DNA of 64,000 nt from Candidatus Velthaea sp. (GCA_965214935.1 CBDCCS010000021.1:224001-288000), one strand, 5' to 3'; counted from the stretch's first letter, positions 29,323 to 39,585 are shown. Numbers and translations are program-made. The notes: generated from the letters alone by a model not told the origin.

Positions 29323-29603
29323 CGCGGCGCGACCGGCCGCGACAAGTCAAACGCGCGCCCGGTGAATCGATGATGGATTTCTACCTGCGGAATCGGGCGA
29401 ACATCGATACGTCGATCGACCGCGATGTCGAGCGCTCGTGCACGTCCAAACAACAGTACGCCAGCGAAGCGCAAGCACGCGCGATTGCAACGATGCAAGG
29501 CATGAGCGGAAGCTTATTCACCTATCACTGCCGGTATTGCGAGTTTTGGCACTTGACGCGCCGGCCGACGTCCGGCGGAACGCCCGACATTATCGACGAT
29601 TAG
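29319..29603 (+). CDS. Hypothetical small protein with C..K..Y.S / YHCRYC..WHLT motif
   Basis: GTGA overlap; possible C3H zinc-binding motif. Confidence 0.65.
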   Translation: MTRRDRPRQVKRAPGESMMDFYLRNRANIDTSIDRDVERSCTSKQQYASEAQARAIATMQGMSGSLFTYHCRYCEFWHLTRRPTSGGTPDIIDD

Positions 29604-30442
29604 GCGCGGGCGCCGGCCAGCCGCGCGCCTTTCGGCCGATACGCCGTTTGCCCCAGTGACGTAAAAACGTCCGCTGCATAAGAGATATTTTCCGAATGGC
29701 CGGTCACGAGCAGCCCGTCGTCGGCGATCAGTCCGCCGAAGCGTTGCAAGATACGTTGCTGCAGCGGTTGCTCGAAGTAGATCAAAACGTTGCGGCAGAT
29801 GATGATGTCGAGATTGCCGGGCACGGGCCACGCCGGCTCTTGTAAGTTGATGACCCGGTAATCGATCATCGTTCGCAGCGCCGGGCGGACCCGCGCGAAG
29901 CCGGTATTCGGACCGTCACCGCGTTGGAAGAAACGTGCACGTCTGCGGTCGGAAACCGTGTTGAGCCGCTCGAGCGCGTACACGCCGCGCTGCGCGTGCG
30001 CAAGGACATCGGTGTCGATGTCGCTGGCGATGATTTCAACCGGCGGAGTCTCGGAGTCGTACGCTTCGATCATTGCCATTGCAATCGAATACGGCTCTTC
30101 GCCCGTCGACGCTGCGGCACACCAGATGCGGATGCGCGGCAGACGCCGCCGCTTGACGTAATCCGCCATGATCGTGAAGTGATGCGCTTCGCGAAAGAAC
30201 GAGGTAAGATTGGTGGTCAGCGCGTTGACGCACGCCTCCCATTCGGCCGGGTCGTTTTCCGCAAGATCGAGGTATGTATCGAAACGATCGAGACGCTGCG
30301 CCCGCAACCGGCGCGCGAGCCGGTTATACACCATGCTGCGCTTCGATTCGGCAAGCGAGATTCCGCAATGTGCGTGTAGCATGCGCCGGATCCGGTTGAA
30401 ATCCGTCGTGCTAAATGAGAACTCTCGATCGGACTCAGCCAC
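29600..30442 (-). CDS. cheR: Chemotaxis protein methyltransferase (orphan)
   Basis: LTTNLTSFFRE, IWCAAASTGEEPYS, ASDID, ICRNVLIYF, GHSE. Confidence 0.95.
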   Translation of the reverse strand: MAESDREFSFSTTDFNRIRRMLHAHCGISLAESKRSMVYNRLARRLRAQRLDRFDTYLDLAENDPAEWEACVNALTTNLTSFFREAHHFTIMADYVKRRRLPRIRIWCAAASTGEEPYSIAMAMIEAYDSETPPVEIIASDIDTDVLAHAQRGVYALERLNTVSDRRRARFFQRGDGPNTGFARVRPALRTMIDYRVINLQEPAWPVPGNLDIIICRNVLIYFEQPLQQRILQRFGGLIADDGLLVTGHSENISYAADVFTSLGQTAYRPKGARLAGARA

Positions 30443-30650
30443 GGCGACTTCGGCGAAGAAACCGTGCGAGATTGCGAGCTGCGGCAGTCAAATGTTGCTC
30501 CAGGGCATGCGGCATCCCGTAACGGCAGCAAAGAGTCGGTATGAGGGTCTTCGGACGCCGGGCGGCCGCGCTTTAGCGGCCGCGTCCCGGGTATGCCGAG
30601 CCGCCGGTTGAACTGCAGCTGAGCGGCTACAGTTGCCCAAGGAGGTTTGT

Positions 30651-31535
30651 GTGCGCTTCGTTTCTTTCTCCGCTGCGTCCGGCGCGCGGCGCCCGGGCGT
30701 CTGCTCGGGCGACGCGGTCGCGGCGTTCCGCCCGCCGGTCGATTCGCTCGAAGCGTTCATCGCGCTCGACCGGGCAGCGCGCGTCGACGCCTTGACCGCG
30801 CTTGAAGCGCCGGTAGCGCTCGCGACGGTCACCCTGCTCGCGCCGCTCGCGCCGCGCAAAAACGTCTTTTGCATCGGCCGCAATTATCTCGCTCACGCAC
30901 AGGAAAGCTCGCGTGCACGCGGTGAGGCCGACCTCACTTTGCCCGCCGTTCCGACGATCTTTACCAAGGCGCCGACGGCAATCGCCGGCCCGGATACGAC
31001 GCTGCGGTTATCGCCGGGCGTGAGTTCGCAATATGATTGGGAAGCCGAGCTGGCCGCAATCGTCGGCGAACGCTGCAAAGACGTCGCCGAAGCCGATGCG
31101 CTCGCAATGGTCTTCGGTTACACGTGTCTGAACGACGTTACCGCGCGCGATTTGCAACGTTCGCATCAGCAATGGTTTAAAGGAAAATCACTCGACGACA
31201 CGTGTCCGCTCGGACCATGGCTCGTCGATGCCGCCGAGATCGGCGATCCGCAGAATCTGGACATCGCGCTGCGCCACAACGGCGTTACCCGGCAGCATTC
31301 GAACACCCGAGCGATGATCTTCAACATCGCGCGGATCATTGCCGAGCTCTCGAAAGGGATGACGCTCGAGCCGGGCGACATCATCGCAACCGGGACGCCG
31401 GACGGCGTCGGCTTCGCCATGGAGCCGCCGGTTTTTCTCGCTGACGGCGACGTCATGGAAGTCGAGATCGAGCGCATCGGCGTCTTGCGCAACACGATCG
31501 CGCTGAGCCGCCCGGCCGAACTGGCGGCGCGTTGA
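30651..31535 (+). CDS. Fumarylacetoacetate hydrolase family protein
   Basis: SD AAGGAGG; CIGRNY..H, DWEAEL, NDVTARD, GK, TGTP.GVG. Confidence 0.92.
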   Translation: MRFVSFSAASGARRPGVCSGDAVAAFRPPVDSLEAFIALDRAARVDALTALEAPVALATVTLLAPLAPRKNVFCIGRNYLAHAQESSRARGEADLTLPAVPTIFTKAPTAIAGPDTTLRLSPGVSSQYDWEAELAAIVGERCKDVAEADALAMVFGYTCLNDVTARDLQRSHQQWFKGKSLDDTCPLGPWLVDAAEIGDPQNLDIALRHNGVTRQHSNTRAMIFNIARIIAELSKGMTLEPGDIIATGTPDGVGFAMEPPVFLADGDVMEVEIERIGVLRNTIALSRPAELAAR

Positions 31536-31900
31536 TCGGAACGATCGTTGCTGCTCTGGGCGGCTTTGCATTCACGGCAGTCGGCATCGGCGCGCTCGTC
31601 GCTCCGGGAACGTCGAGCACGCAGTACGGCTTGCCCACCTCCGACCCGGCGGCACTCGCGCTCGTGCGAGCAGTCGGTGCGCGCGATATCGTGCTGGGCG
31701 CACTGGTGCTGCTGCTGCTTGCGCGGCACGATCGTGATGCGGTCGCGCTCGTGCTGTCGGTATCGGTCCTTGCTGCCGCCGGTGATGCGACTGCCGTCTT
31801 GACCGGACGTAGCGATGCAGAGCTGCGGCACGTCGCCGTTCATCTCTGCGGTGCAGGCGCATTGCTTGCGGCGGCGGCGCTGCTGCGAAGCGAGCGCTGA
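31532..31900 (+). CDS. Small membrane protein (DUF4267-like)
   Basis: Four hydrophobic segments; YGLP...GARD..LG. Confidence 0.7.
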   Translation: MIGTIVAALGGFAFTAVGIGALVAPGTSSTQYGLPTSDPAALALVRAVGARDIVLGALVLLLLARHDRDAVALVLSVSVLAAAGDATAVLTGRSDAELRHVAVHLCGAGALLAAAALLRSER

Positions 31901-31947
31901 TGCATCACGCTGAAGGACCGCAGCATGTAAGTTCCGATGTAAGGCGC

Positions 31948-33119
31948 ATGAAGATCGCCGTTCCCAAAGAACGCGGCGCCGGTGAAAATCGCGTCGCGCT
32001 CATCCCTGAAACGATCGCGAAGTTCGTCAAAGCCGGGATCGGCGTTACGGTCGAACGCGGCGCGGGAACGGCCGCCTACTATCCGGATTCGGCCTACGAA
32101 GCCGCCGGGGCGACGATCGCGCCGAGCGCCGCCGAATTGTATACCAGCGCCGATATCGTTACCCGCGTTGCAAAACCGACCGATGCCGAACTCGATGCAT
32201 TACAACCCGGCACGATTGTCGTCGGCGTGCTCGCGCCGCTGGGCGATGCCGCGTCGGTCGAGCGCTATGCCCAACGCAAGCTCACCGCGCTGAGCATGGA
32301 CACGATTCCGCGCACGACCAAGGCGCAAGCGATGGACGTGCTGTCGTCGCAAGCCAATATCGCCGGGTACAAAGCAGTGCTCATGGCCGCCGACGCGCTG
32401 CCCAAATATTTCCCGATGCTGACCACTGCGGCCGGGACGATCAAGCCCGCTCAAGTGCTCGTGCTCGGCGCGGGCGTCGCGGGTTTGCAGGCGATTGCGA
32501 CGGCACGCCGGCTCGGTGCCGTCGTCATCGGTTACGACGTCCGTTCCGCGGTCAAAGAACAAGTGCAGTCGCTGGGAGCGAAGTTTCTCGAAATCGACGT
32601 CGGCGAGGCCGCCGAAGGTACCGGCGGCTACGCCAAAGAGCTGTCGCAAGAAGCGATTGCAAAACAGCGCGCCGCGATGGTGAAGGCCATCGGCGCCGCC
32701 GACGCGGTTATCACGACGGCGGCAATCCCCGGCCGCCGCGCACCGTTGCTCGTCACCGCCGAAGCCGTTGCAGCGATGAAACCGGGCAGTGTCGTCGTCG
32801 ATATTGCCGCCGAGACCGGCGGTAACTGCGAACTCACCCGCGCCGGTGAAACGTTCGTGAGCGATAACGGCGTCATCATCATCGGCGCGATCAACCTGCC
32901 CGCCACCGTCCCGACGCACGCGAGCCAGCTGTACAGTCGCAACGTGCAGACGCTGCTGGACTACATCATCAAGGATGGCGCGGTGAAACTGGATTTGGAC
33001 GATGAGATCGTGCGTGGCACGACGCTGGTCAACAACGTTCGATCGTCCATCAGCCGACAATCGACGCGCTTGCAACATCGCGCTCGGCCGCCGTATCGAC
33101 TCCCGGAGGAACCGCTTGA
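31948..33119 (+). CDS. pntA: NAD(P) transhydrogenase alpha subunit part 1, with apparent 1-nt deletion near 33037
   Basis: MKIAVPKE...E.RVA, GAGVAGLQAI, PMLTTAAG; natural C-terminus (GSIVH...TGA 33117-33119) is in a shifted frame. Confidence 0.9.
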
Positions 33120-33424
33120 GCGCTGCCCTTTTCACCGAACTCACCGTCTTTATTTTAGCGGTGTTCATCGGCGTCGAAGTCATTTCCAAGGTACCGACCA
33201 CGCTGCATACGCCGTTGATGTCGGCGACCAACGCCATTCACGGAATCGTACTCGTCGGCGCCATTCTCGTTGCCGGCACGTTCGATGCGCCGTTCAACGC
33301 CGTCATCGGTATCGTTCTGGTTATCTTAGCATCGCTCAACGTCTTCGGCGGCTTCACCGTTACGGAACGTATGCTCGAGATGTTTAAACCGCGCGTCGTG
33401 CAGCCCAAGAAAGAGCCCGAATAA
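33116..33424 (+). CDS. NAD(P) transhydrogenase alpha subunit part 2 (membrane)
   Basis: SD GGAGGA, TTG start; VPTTLHTPLMSATNAIHG, NVFGGF.VT.RML.MF. Confidence 0.92.
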   Translation: MSAALFTELTVFILAVFIGVEVISKVPTTLHTPLMSATNAIHGIVLVGAILVAGTFDAPFNAVIGIVLVILASLNVFGGFTVTERMLEMFKPRVVQPKKEPE

Positions 33425-34830
33425 TGGCCGCCGTCGGCGTCAATCCGGTCAACATCGCGTATCTGGTGACGGGCGTGCTGTTCATCGTGGGCCTGCGCTA
33501 TCTGAGTTCACCGCGCACTGCGCGACTGGGCAATCGGCTCGCGGCGCTGGGCATGCTCATCGCCCTCGTCGCGGTGCTGTCGCAAGGGATCGTCCAGTGG
33601 TGGATCATCGCAGTCGGCGTCGTCGTCGGCGCCGCGGTCGGCATCTACTCGGGCCGCGTCGTCAAGATGACGGCAATGCCGCAGATGGTCGCGCTCTTCA
33701 ACGGCGCCGGCGGCGGCGCAGCGGCGCTCGTGGCAGCCGGCGAATTGCTCAAGCATCTCAATAGCGATCCGGGCGCAGCGTTACCGGGCGACTTTACCTT
33801 CACCATCGTGTTGACCAGCATCATCGGTGCCTTGAGTTTTTCGGGTTCGATCGTTGCCTTTCTTAAGTTGCAAGAAGTGATGACCGGCCGGCCGATCGTG
33901 TATCCGGGCCAGCAAGTCGTCAACGCGCTGGTGCTGCTCGTCGTGCTCGCCGGCGCGGGCTTCGTGATCGCAAACGTCAACACGCTGGGCTGGTTCACCG
34001 CGTCGATACTTGCGGCGCTTATTCTCGGCGTCTTATTCGTGCTGCCGATCGGCGGCGCCGACATGCCCGTCATCGTGTCGCTGCTCAACTCGTTCACCGG
34101 TCTTGCCGCCGCGGCAACCGGCTTCGTGCTGCAAAATAACGTCCTCATTATCTCAGGCGCGCTCGTCGGTGCATCGGGTACGCTCCTAACCGTGATGATG
34201 GGCAAAGCGATGAATCGCTCGATCACCAACGTGCTGTTCGGCGCGTTCGGCAGCGTCAAAGCGGGCGGCTCGGGCGGGTCTTCGTCGACGAGCGGTCAGA
34301 ACGTTCGTTCCGTATCGGCCGACGACGTGGCTGCGCTCGTCGCGTACGCCAATCAAGTGATCGTCGTGCCGGGCTATGGAATGGCTGTCGCACAAGCGCA
34401 GCACAGCGTCCGGGAGCTCGCCGATCAGCTTGAAAAGCGCGGCGTCGAAGTGAAATACGCGATCCATCCCGTCGCCGGACGGATGCCGGGACACATGAAC
34501 GTCTTGTTAGCGGAAGCGAACGTGCCGTATCCGGCGCTGTATGACATGGACGATATCAATCCGGAGTTTTCGCGGACCGACGTGGCACTGATCATCGGCG
34601 CCAACGACGTGACGAATCCGGCCGCCCGCAGCGATCCGAATTCGCCGATTTTCGGTATGCCGATTCTCGATGTCGACAAATCAAACAACGTAATCGTGCT
34701 CAAACGTTCGATGAAACCGGGCTTTGCCGGAATCGATAATCCGCTCTACGACGACGCGAAGACCGCGATGCTTTTCGGCGATGCAAAAAAGTCGATCGAC
34801 GCGGTCGTCTCGGCGGTGAAGAGCCTGTAA
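33424..34830 (+). CDS. pntB: NAD(P) transhydrogenase beta subunit
   Basis: MTAMPQMVA, GGADMP, VPGYGMAVAQAQH, HPVAGRMPGHMNVLLAE. Confidence 0.97.
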   Translation: MAAVGVNPVNIAYLVTGVLFIVGLRYLSSPRTARLGNRLAALGMLIALVAVLSQGIVQWWIIAVGVVVGAAVGIYSGRVVKMTAMPQMVALFNGAGGGAAALVAAGELLKHLNSDPGAALPGDFTFTIVLTSIIGALSFSGSIVAFLKLQEVMTGRPIVYPGQQVVNALVLLVVLAGAGFVIANVNTLGWFTASILAALILGVLFVLPIGGADMPVIVSLLNSFTGLAAAATGFVLQNNVLIISGALVGASGTLLTVMMGKAMNRSITNVLFGAFGSVKAGGSGGSSSTSGQNVRSVSADDVAALVAYANQVIVVPGYGMAVAQAQHSVRELADQLEKRGVEVKYAIHPVAGRMPGHMNVLLAEANVPYPALYDMDDINPEFSRTDVALIIGANDVTNPAARSDPNSPIFGMPILDVDKSNNVIVLKRSMKPGFAGIDNPLYDDAKTAMLFGDAKKSIDAVVSAVKSL

Positions 34831-34906
34831 CGCTTGATCGGGCACGCGCTTGGAACGAGGCCAAGGGCATCCGAGACGTGAATCGCCGTAAGGTGCTGGT
34901 GTCGCT

Positions 34907-35452
34907 GTGAACGGTACGTTTGACCCTGCGGTCGTTCGACAATACGCGCAACGGATCAGTGACGGCCGCTGGTTCGCCCACCTCGGCTTGCCGCTCGATG
35001 AACGCGAACAAGGCACCGTCGAAGCGTTCGTTCGGGCAACGGGCGCCGTCAAAGCCGTTCGTGCAACATCGTGGGAGGATGCCCGGACGATCGTTGCCGA
35101 CATCCGCGGTCGCGAAGCCGCTGCCGTCGACTCCGCCGAAGTCGAGCGTTTGAAGACGCGCGCGCTCGAAGCCACCGATCGCAATGCCCTCATGGCGGCG
35201 ATGACGACGATCGTCGACGGCGGTCTGGAGATTTTTTTCGATCGGGCCGGCGCTGCAGCGCGCGCCGCGCGGATCACCGATCCCGCGATCATTCGCGTTG
35301 CGGCGGGTGCGGCGTCAGAAGCGGTTTATCGCGCGGCACTTGCTGCCGCCGTCGGCGAGGCCGACGACCATCGCTTCATCCTGCGGTACGATTTGTTTGC
35401 GAAGGGCCGCTGGCCGCTGGCGCGCATCGACGACGGCTTTTATCTGCTGTAG
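34907..35452 (+). CDS. Hypothetical protein
   Basis: 181-aa ORF with coding-like composition filling the gap; C-terminal F..GRWPL. Confidence 0.7.
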   Translation: MNGTFDPAVVRQYAQRISDGRWFAHLGLPLDEREQGTVEAFVRATGAVKAVRATSWEDARTIVADIRGREAAAVDSAEVERLKTRALEATDRNALMAAMTTIVDGGLEIFFDRAGAAARAARITDPAIIRVAAGAASEAVYRAALAAAVGEADDHRFILRYDLFAKGRWPLARIDDGFYLL

Positions 35453-35494
35453 CCGGACTGGTTCCAATCCGGGCGTCGTCCAATTCCATTTGCA

Positions 35495-37078
35495 ATGCTT
35501 GTTCGTTCGTTAGCCGACTTCGTCGACGTCCTGCGCGACGCGGGTGAACTGGCCGTCGTCGATGTCGCGGTCGACCGCTATCTCGAGATCAGCGAGATTA
35601 CCGATCGGGTCGTCAAAGCCGGCGGCCCGGCGTTGCTTTTTACCAACGTCATCGATAGCCCGTATCCGGTGCTGACGAATCAATTCGGCTCCGAACGCCG
35701 CATGGCGCTGGCGCTCGGCGCGCGCAGCTTGGCCGACGTCGAAGCACGGATGCGCAAGACGATCGACCTGTCGGTGCCGGATTCACTCGGCGGGAAGCTC
35801 GGCAAACTGCTTTCGCTAACGTCGCTGGCGAGTGCCATTCCGCGGACGGTCGAGAGCGGCGCTTGTCAGGAAGTCATCGACCTCGAACCGGATTTACGGA
35901 CGCTGCCGGTGTTGACGACTTGGCCGCTCGACGGCGGTCCGTTCGTCACCCTGCCGCTCGTTTTCACCGCGGATCCCGGCAGCGGTGCGCAGAACGTCGG
36001 CATGTATCGCGTTCAAGTGTACGATCGCAATACGACCGGCATGCACTGGCAGCGGCACAAACAAGGCCGCGCGCATGCCGCCAAGTGGGGCCGCCGCGTG
36101 CCGGTCGCCGTCGTCATCGGAGCGGACCCGGCCATCACGTACGCCGCGACGGCGCCGCTGCCGCCGATCGTCGATGAAATGGCACTCGCCGGCTTTTTGC
36201 GCGGCGCACCGATCGAGATGGTGCGCTGCAAGACGATCGATCTCAAAGTACCGGCAAACGCCGAATTCGTGCTCGAAGGTTACGTCGACAACGAAGACAT
36301 GCGCGTGGAAGGCCCCTTCGGCGATCACACCGGCGTATACAGTCTTGCCGATCACTACCCGACGTTTCACGTGCAGTGTGTGACGCATCGCCGCAAGCCG
36401 ATCTACGGCGCGACGGTCGTCGGTAAACCGCCGATGGAAGACGCATGGCTCGGCAAAGCGACGGAACGCCTTTTTTTACCGTTGCTGCAGATGGTCGTGC
36501 CGGAGATCGTCGATTACAATTTGCCCGTTGAAGGCGGTTTTCACAATCTCGCCATCGTTGCCGTCCGTAAGAGCTACCCGGGTCAGGCGAAGAAGGTAAT
36601 GAACGCGTTGTGGGGCCTGGGGCACATGATGATGTTGACGCGCGTGCTGCTCATCGTCGATCATGACGTCGACCCCGCCGACGTTCGCGGCGTTGTTTGG
36701 AACGCGCTCAACAACGTCGATGCGTCGCGCGATCTTGTCGTCATGCCGGGTCCGGTCGACGATCTCGATCATAGCGGATCGTATCTCATGTCGCTGGGCC
36801 ACAAGGTCGGTATCGATGCGACGCGCAAACGCGCGGACGAAGGGTACGCACGTGATTGGCCGCCGGAAATCCTCATGAACGCTGCTACGCGTGCGCATGT
36901 GAGCGCGCGCTGGGAGCAATACGGCATCGGCGATCTCTTGCACGGCACGGCCGACGACTATTCCGGTCAGGGACCCGCGCGCCTCAAACGCCTGTTGTCG
37001 TCAGCCTCGATGGCCGACGATGCTGCGCCGCCGCTGACGTCCGCCGCGCGCCAGGCGTTGAAGCCGCCCGCCGTATGA
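35495..37078 (+). CDS. UbiD family decarboxylase (menaquinone futalosine pathway, MqnL-like)
   Basis: EISEITDRV, WPLDGG.F.T, NVGMYR, EGPFGDHTG.Y, GIDAT.K. Confidence 0.9.
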   Translation: MLVRSLADFVDVLRDAGELAVVDVAVDRYLEISEITDRVVKAGGPALLFTNVIDSPYPVLTNQFGSERRMALALGARSLADVEARMRKTIDLSVPDSLGGKLGKLLSLTSLASAIPRTVESGACQEVIDLEPDLRTLPVLTTWPLDGGPFVTLPLVFTADPGSGAQNVGMYRVQVYDRNTTGMHWQRHKQGRAHAAKWGRRVPVAVVIGADPAITYAATAPLPPIVDEMALAGFLRGAPIEMVRCKTIDLKVPANAEFVLEGYVDNEDMRVEGPFGDHTGVYSLADHYPTFHVQCVTHRRKPIYGATVVGKPPMEDAWLGKATERLFLPLLQMVVPEIVDYNLPVEGGFHNLAIVAVRKSYPGQAKKVMNALWGLGHMMMLTRVLLIVDHDVDPADVRGVVWNALNNVDASRDLVVMPGPVDDLDHSGSYLMSLGHKVGIDATRKRADEGYARDWPPEILMNAATRAHVSARWEQYGIGDLLHGTADDYSGQGPARLKRLLSSASMADDAAPPLTSAARQALKPPAV

Positions 37079-37932
37079 ATCGCTTGCAGGTATTTCTAAA
37101 AGAGATCCGCGTCGAGCACACGCTCTTCGCGCTGCCGTTTGCCTACGTCGGCGCGGTCATGGCCGCGCGCGGAATTCCGACGTTCTGGCAGCTGTTTTGG
37201 ATAACGCTCGCGGTCATCGGCGCCCGTACGGCGGCGATGGCGGCAAACCGATATTTTGACCGGACCATCGATCAGCGCAATCCGCGTACGGCCCGGCGCG
37301 CCCTGGCCAGCGGGGTGCTAGCGCCCGGCGTCATGATCTGGGCGATGGCCGGCGGCATCGCTTTACTCATCGTCAGTGCAGCAATGCTCAATCCGCTGTG
37401 TTTGATGCTGCTACCGCTCGCGGCGCTCGGCATTCTGGTGTATCCGCTCTGCAAGCGATTCACCTGGCTCGTGCATTTCGTGCTGGGTGCAATCGATGCG
37501 TTTGCGCCGTTAGGCGCTTTCATCGCTGTTGCCGGAACCGTAACGCTGCCCGCGCTGTGTCTCTTTGTTGCAGTGACCGTCTGGGTCGCGGGCTTCGACA
37601 TTTTATACGCGCTCATGGACTATCGCTACGACGTCGCCCAAGGACTGAACTCAATTCCGGCGCGGTTCGGCGAACGTGCCGGACGCGCGCTGCCCGTTGC
37701 GCTGCACGTTACGATGACCGTTGCATTGTTGGCTGCCGGCATCGTCGCACGCGCCGGCAGCGTCTATTATGCCGGCGTCGTGCTAGCCGCCATACTCGTC
37801 GTCTACGAAGAGCGGCTAATCGCAATGGCCAAAGATATCTTCGCGCTCAACGATCGAATATTCGTAACCAACATGGCGTTCTCGGTTGCGTTTCTCGTTA
37901 CGACGCTCGCATCGTTCATGATCGCTGCATGA
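37075..37932 (+). CDS. UbiA family prenyltransferase (MqnP-like)
   Basis: ATGA overlap; EHTLFALPF, NRYFDRTID.RNPRT..R, Y..CKRF, GFDILYA.MD. Confidence 0.9.
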   Translation: MNRLQVFLKEIRVEHTLFALPFAYVGAVMAARGIPTFWQLFWITLAVIGARTAAMAANRYFDRTIDQRNPRTARRALASGVLAPGVMIWAMAGGIALLIVSAAMLNPLCLMLLPLAALGILVYPLCKRFTWLVHFVLGAIDAFAPLGAFIAVAGTVTLPALCLFVAVTVWVAGFDILYALMDYRYDVAQGLNSIPARFGERAGRALPVALHVTMTVALLAAGIVARAGSVYYAGVVLAAILVVYEERLIAMAKDIFALNDRIFVTNMAFSVAFLVTTLASFMIAA

Positions 37933-39077
37933 TCGGTCGGACCGATTTCCTCGCTGGTTTGGCCGGCACCGGAACGCTCGCGGCCATCGATGTTCCGGCT
38001 TATGCCGCGACAATCGCAATCGGCGTCATTGCACCGCTGTCCGGCGCGTTTCGCACGGCCGGCGAACAGCTCGCCAACGGCGTCCGCGGTGCAATCGACT
38101 ATCAAAATCGGCTTCGCGCCGGCTTTGATAAGGTGTATACGATGCGCACGTTCGACGATCAGAACGCCGTCGCCGACGCAATCGTCAACGCCCAGTTCGC
38201 CATCGACGATCCGACGATCGTTGCCGTCATCGGTCACCTCGGTGCCAAAGGCACGATATCGGCGTTACGCACGTACGCACAAGCGCAGATGCCGATTATC
38301 GCACCGGCCGTAACCGCCGACGAGCTAACGACTCGCGGCTATCGCAACGTCTTTCGGATGGCCACGCGCGACCTGACCGAAGGTCAGATGCTGGCAACAT
38401 TCGTGCGCGAAAAGTACCGCCCCAAAGTACCGCACGTGCTCGTTCAAGACGGCGATTACGGCCCTGACGTCGCCAACGGTTACGTGCAAGCGCTCGGCAC
38501 GTCGAAGATCGACAGCAAAGTGACGATATTCGGCTATGACAAACCAGATTACGGCGGCGCCGCCGCCGCCGCCCTGGACGGCAAACCCGATCATATCATG
38601 CTCGCCGGAACCGCCCAGGACATGGGCCCACTCGTTAAAGTGCTGCGCGACAAGGGCTACGGCGGACCGCTGGCTGCGCCGCAGGGGTTCTTCGACGCCT
38701 TGACCGCCACCAAATACGTTAAAGAGTGCGAAGGCATCGTTATCTCGACATCGATGCCCTATCTTGCGATCGCGCCGGCCGCGTATCGGATTCTCAATGA
38801 TTATCAAGCGGCGTACGGCCAGCTGGTTCCGGTATCGGCGTTTGCCTACGGTGCGGCCCAGATTATTTTTAGTGCCGTGCGCCGTTCCGGTGCAGCCTCA
38901 CGCAACACGCTCGCAAGCGCGCTGTCACTCGGCGGAAATTACGATACGATCGTCGGCTCGTTTACCTTTTCCCCGGCCGGCGACCCGATCGACCCGGAAC
39001 TTTATTTTTACACAATTACGGACGGTAAATTCGCATATCTCCGGCAAGCGCACCCGTCGTCGTTCTTGCCGCGCTGA
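37929..39077 (+). CDS. Branched-chain amino acid ABC-type (LivK-like) substrate-binding protein, orphan
   Basis: IGVIAPLSG, DD, AVIGH, NVFR, DYG; Tat-like signal. Confidence 0.85.
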   Translation: MIGRTDFLAGLAGTGTLAAIDVPAYAATIAIGVIAPLSGAFRTAGEQLANGVRGAIDYQNRLRAGFDKVYTMRTFDDQNAVADAIVNAQFAIDDPTIVAVIGHLGAKGTISALRTYAQAQMPIIAPAVTADELTTRGYRNVFRMATRDLTEGQMLATFVREKYRPKVPHVLVQDGDYGPDVANGYVQALGTSKIDSKVTIFGYDKPDYGGAAAAALDGKPDHIMLAGTAQDMGPLVKVLRDKGYGGPLAAPQGFFDALTATKYVKECEGIVISTSMPYLAIAPAAYRILNDYQAAYGQLVPVSAFAYGAAQIIFSAVRRSGAASRNTLASALSLGGNYDTIVGSFTFSPAGDPIDPELYFYTITDGKFAYLRQAHPSSFLPR

Positions 39078-39087
39078 ATAAGCGTAC

Positions 39088-39585
39088 CTATCTTAGCGAG
39101 TCGGCGTCGGGCGTATAGCCTCGTCCGTACAGCGCGTTCTTATTATGCGCCGGTACGAGCGTTGTCGGCGGAGCTTCTTCGCGCAACGGATAGCCGCTGC
39201 CGTCGCACGCCGCGAGCAGCGAGCCGCCGAACGACCGACTCATCAACGGCGGGCCGAAGACCAATGCGCTTGATGCTGCGTCGCTGTAGCCGGGCCGATC
39301 GACGCAGGCAAGGTTGAAGCGCGAACCGCCCGTTGCATTCAACCACGGATACGCTGCGCCGGTGATGAAGAAGCGCGGATTGGCTCGCAGTGCCGGCTGC
39401 GGCGGAGCGGTCTGCGTTCGCCGAATGACGGGCTCGAATTGCCGCAACATATCCGTTTGCATCGGGACGGGCATGCTTCTCATGCCCCCGGCAGCGCGGC
39501 CACCGGTCGGAGCGGCAACGGCGGGCAAACTAAGTACGGCGCACAATATGCCGGCGCCGACGGACGACCAACGCTTGACGTTCAT
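39088..39585 (-). CDS. Hypothetical secreted protein
   Basis: Signal peptide MNVKRWSSVGAGILCAVLSLPAVA. Confidence 0.5.
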   Translation of the reverse strand: MNVKRWSSVGAGILCAVLSLPAVAAPTGGRAAGGMRSMPVPMQTDMLRQFEPVIRRTQTAPPQPALRANPRFFITGAAYPWLNATGGSRFNLACVDRPGYSDAASSALVFGPPLMSRSFGGSLLAACDGSGYPLREEAPPTTLVPAHNKNALYGRGYTPDADSLR

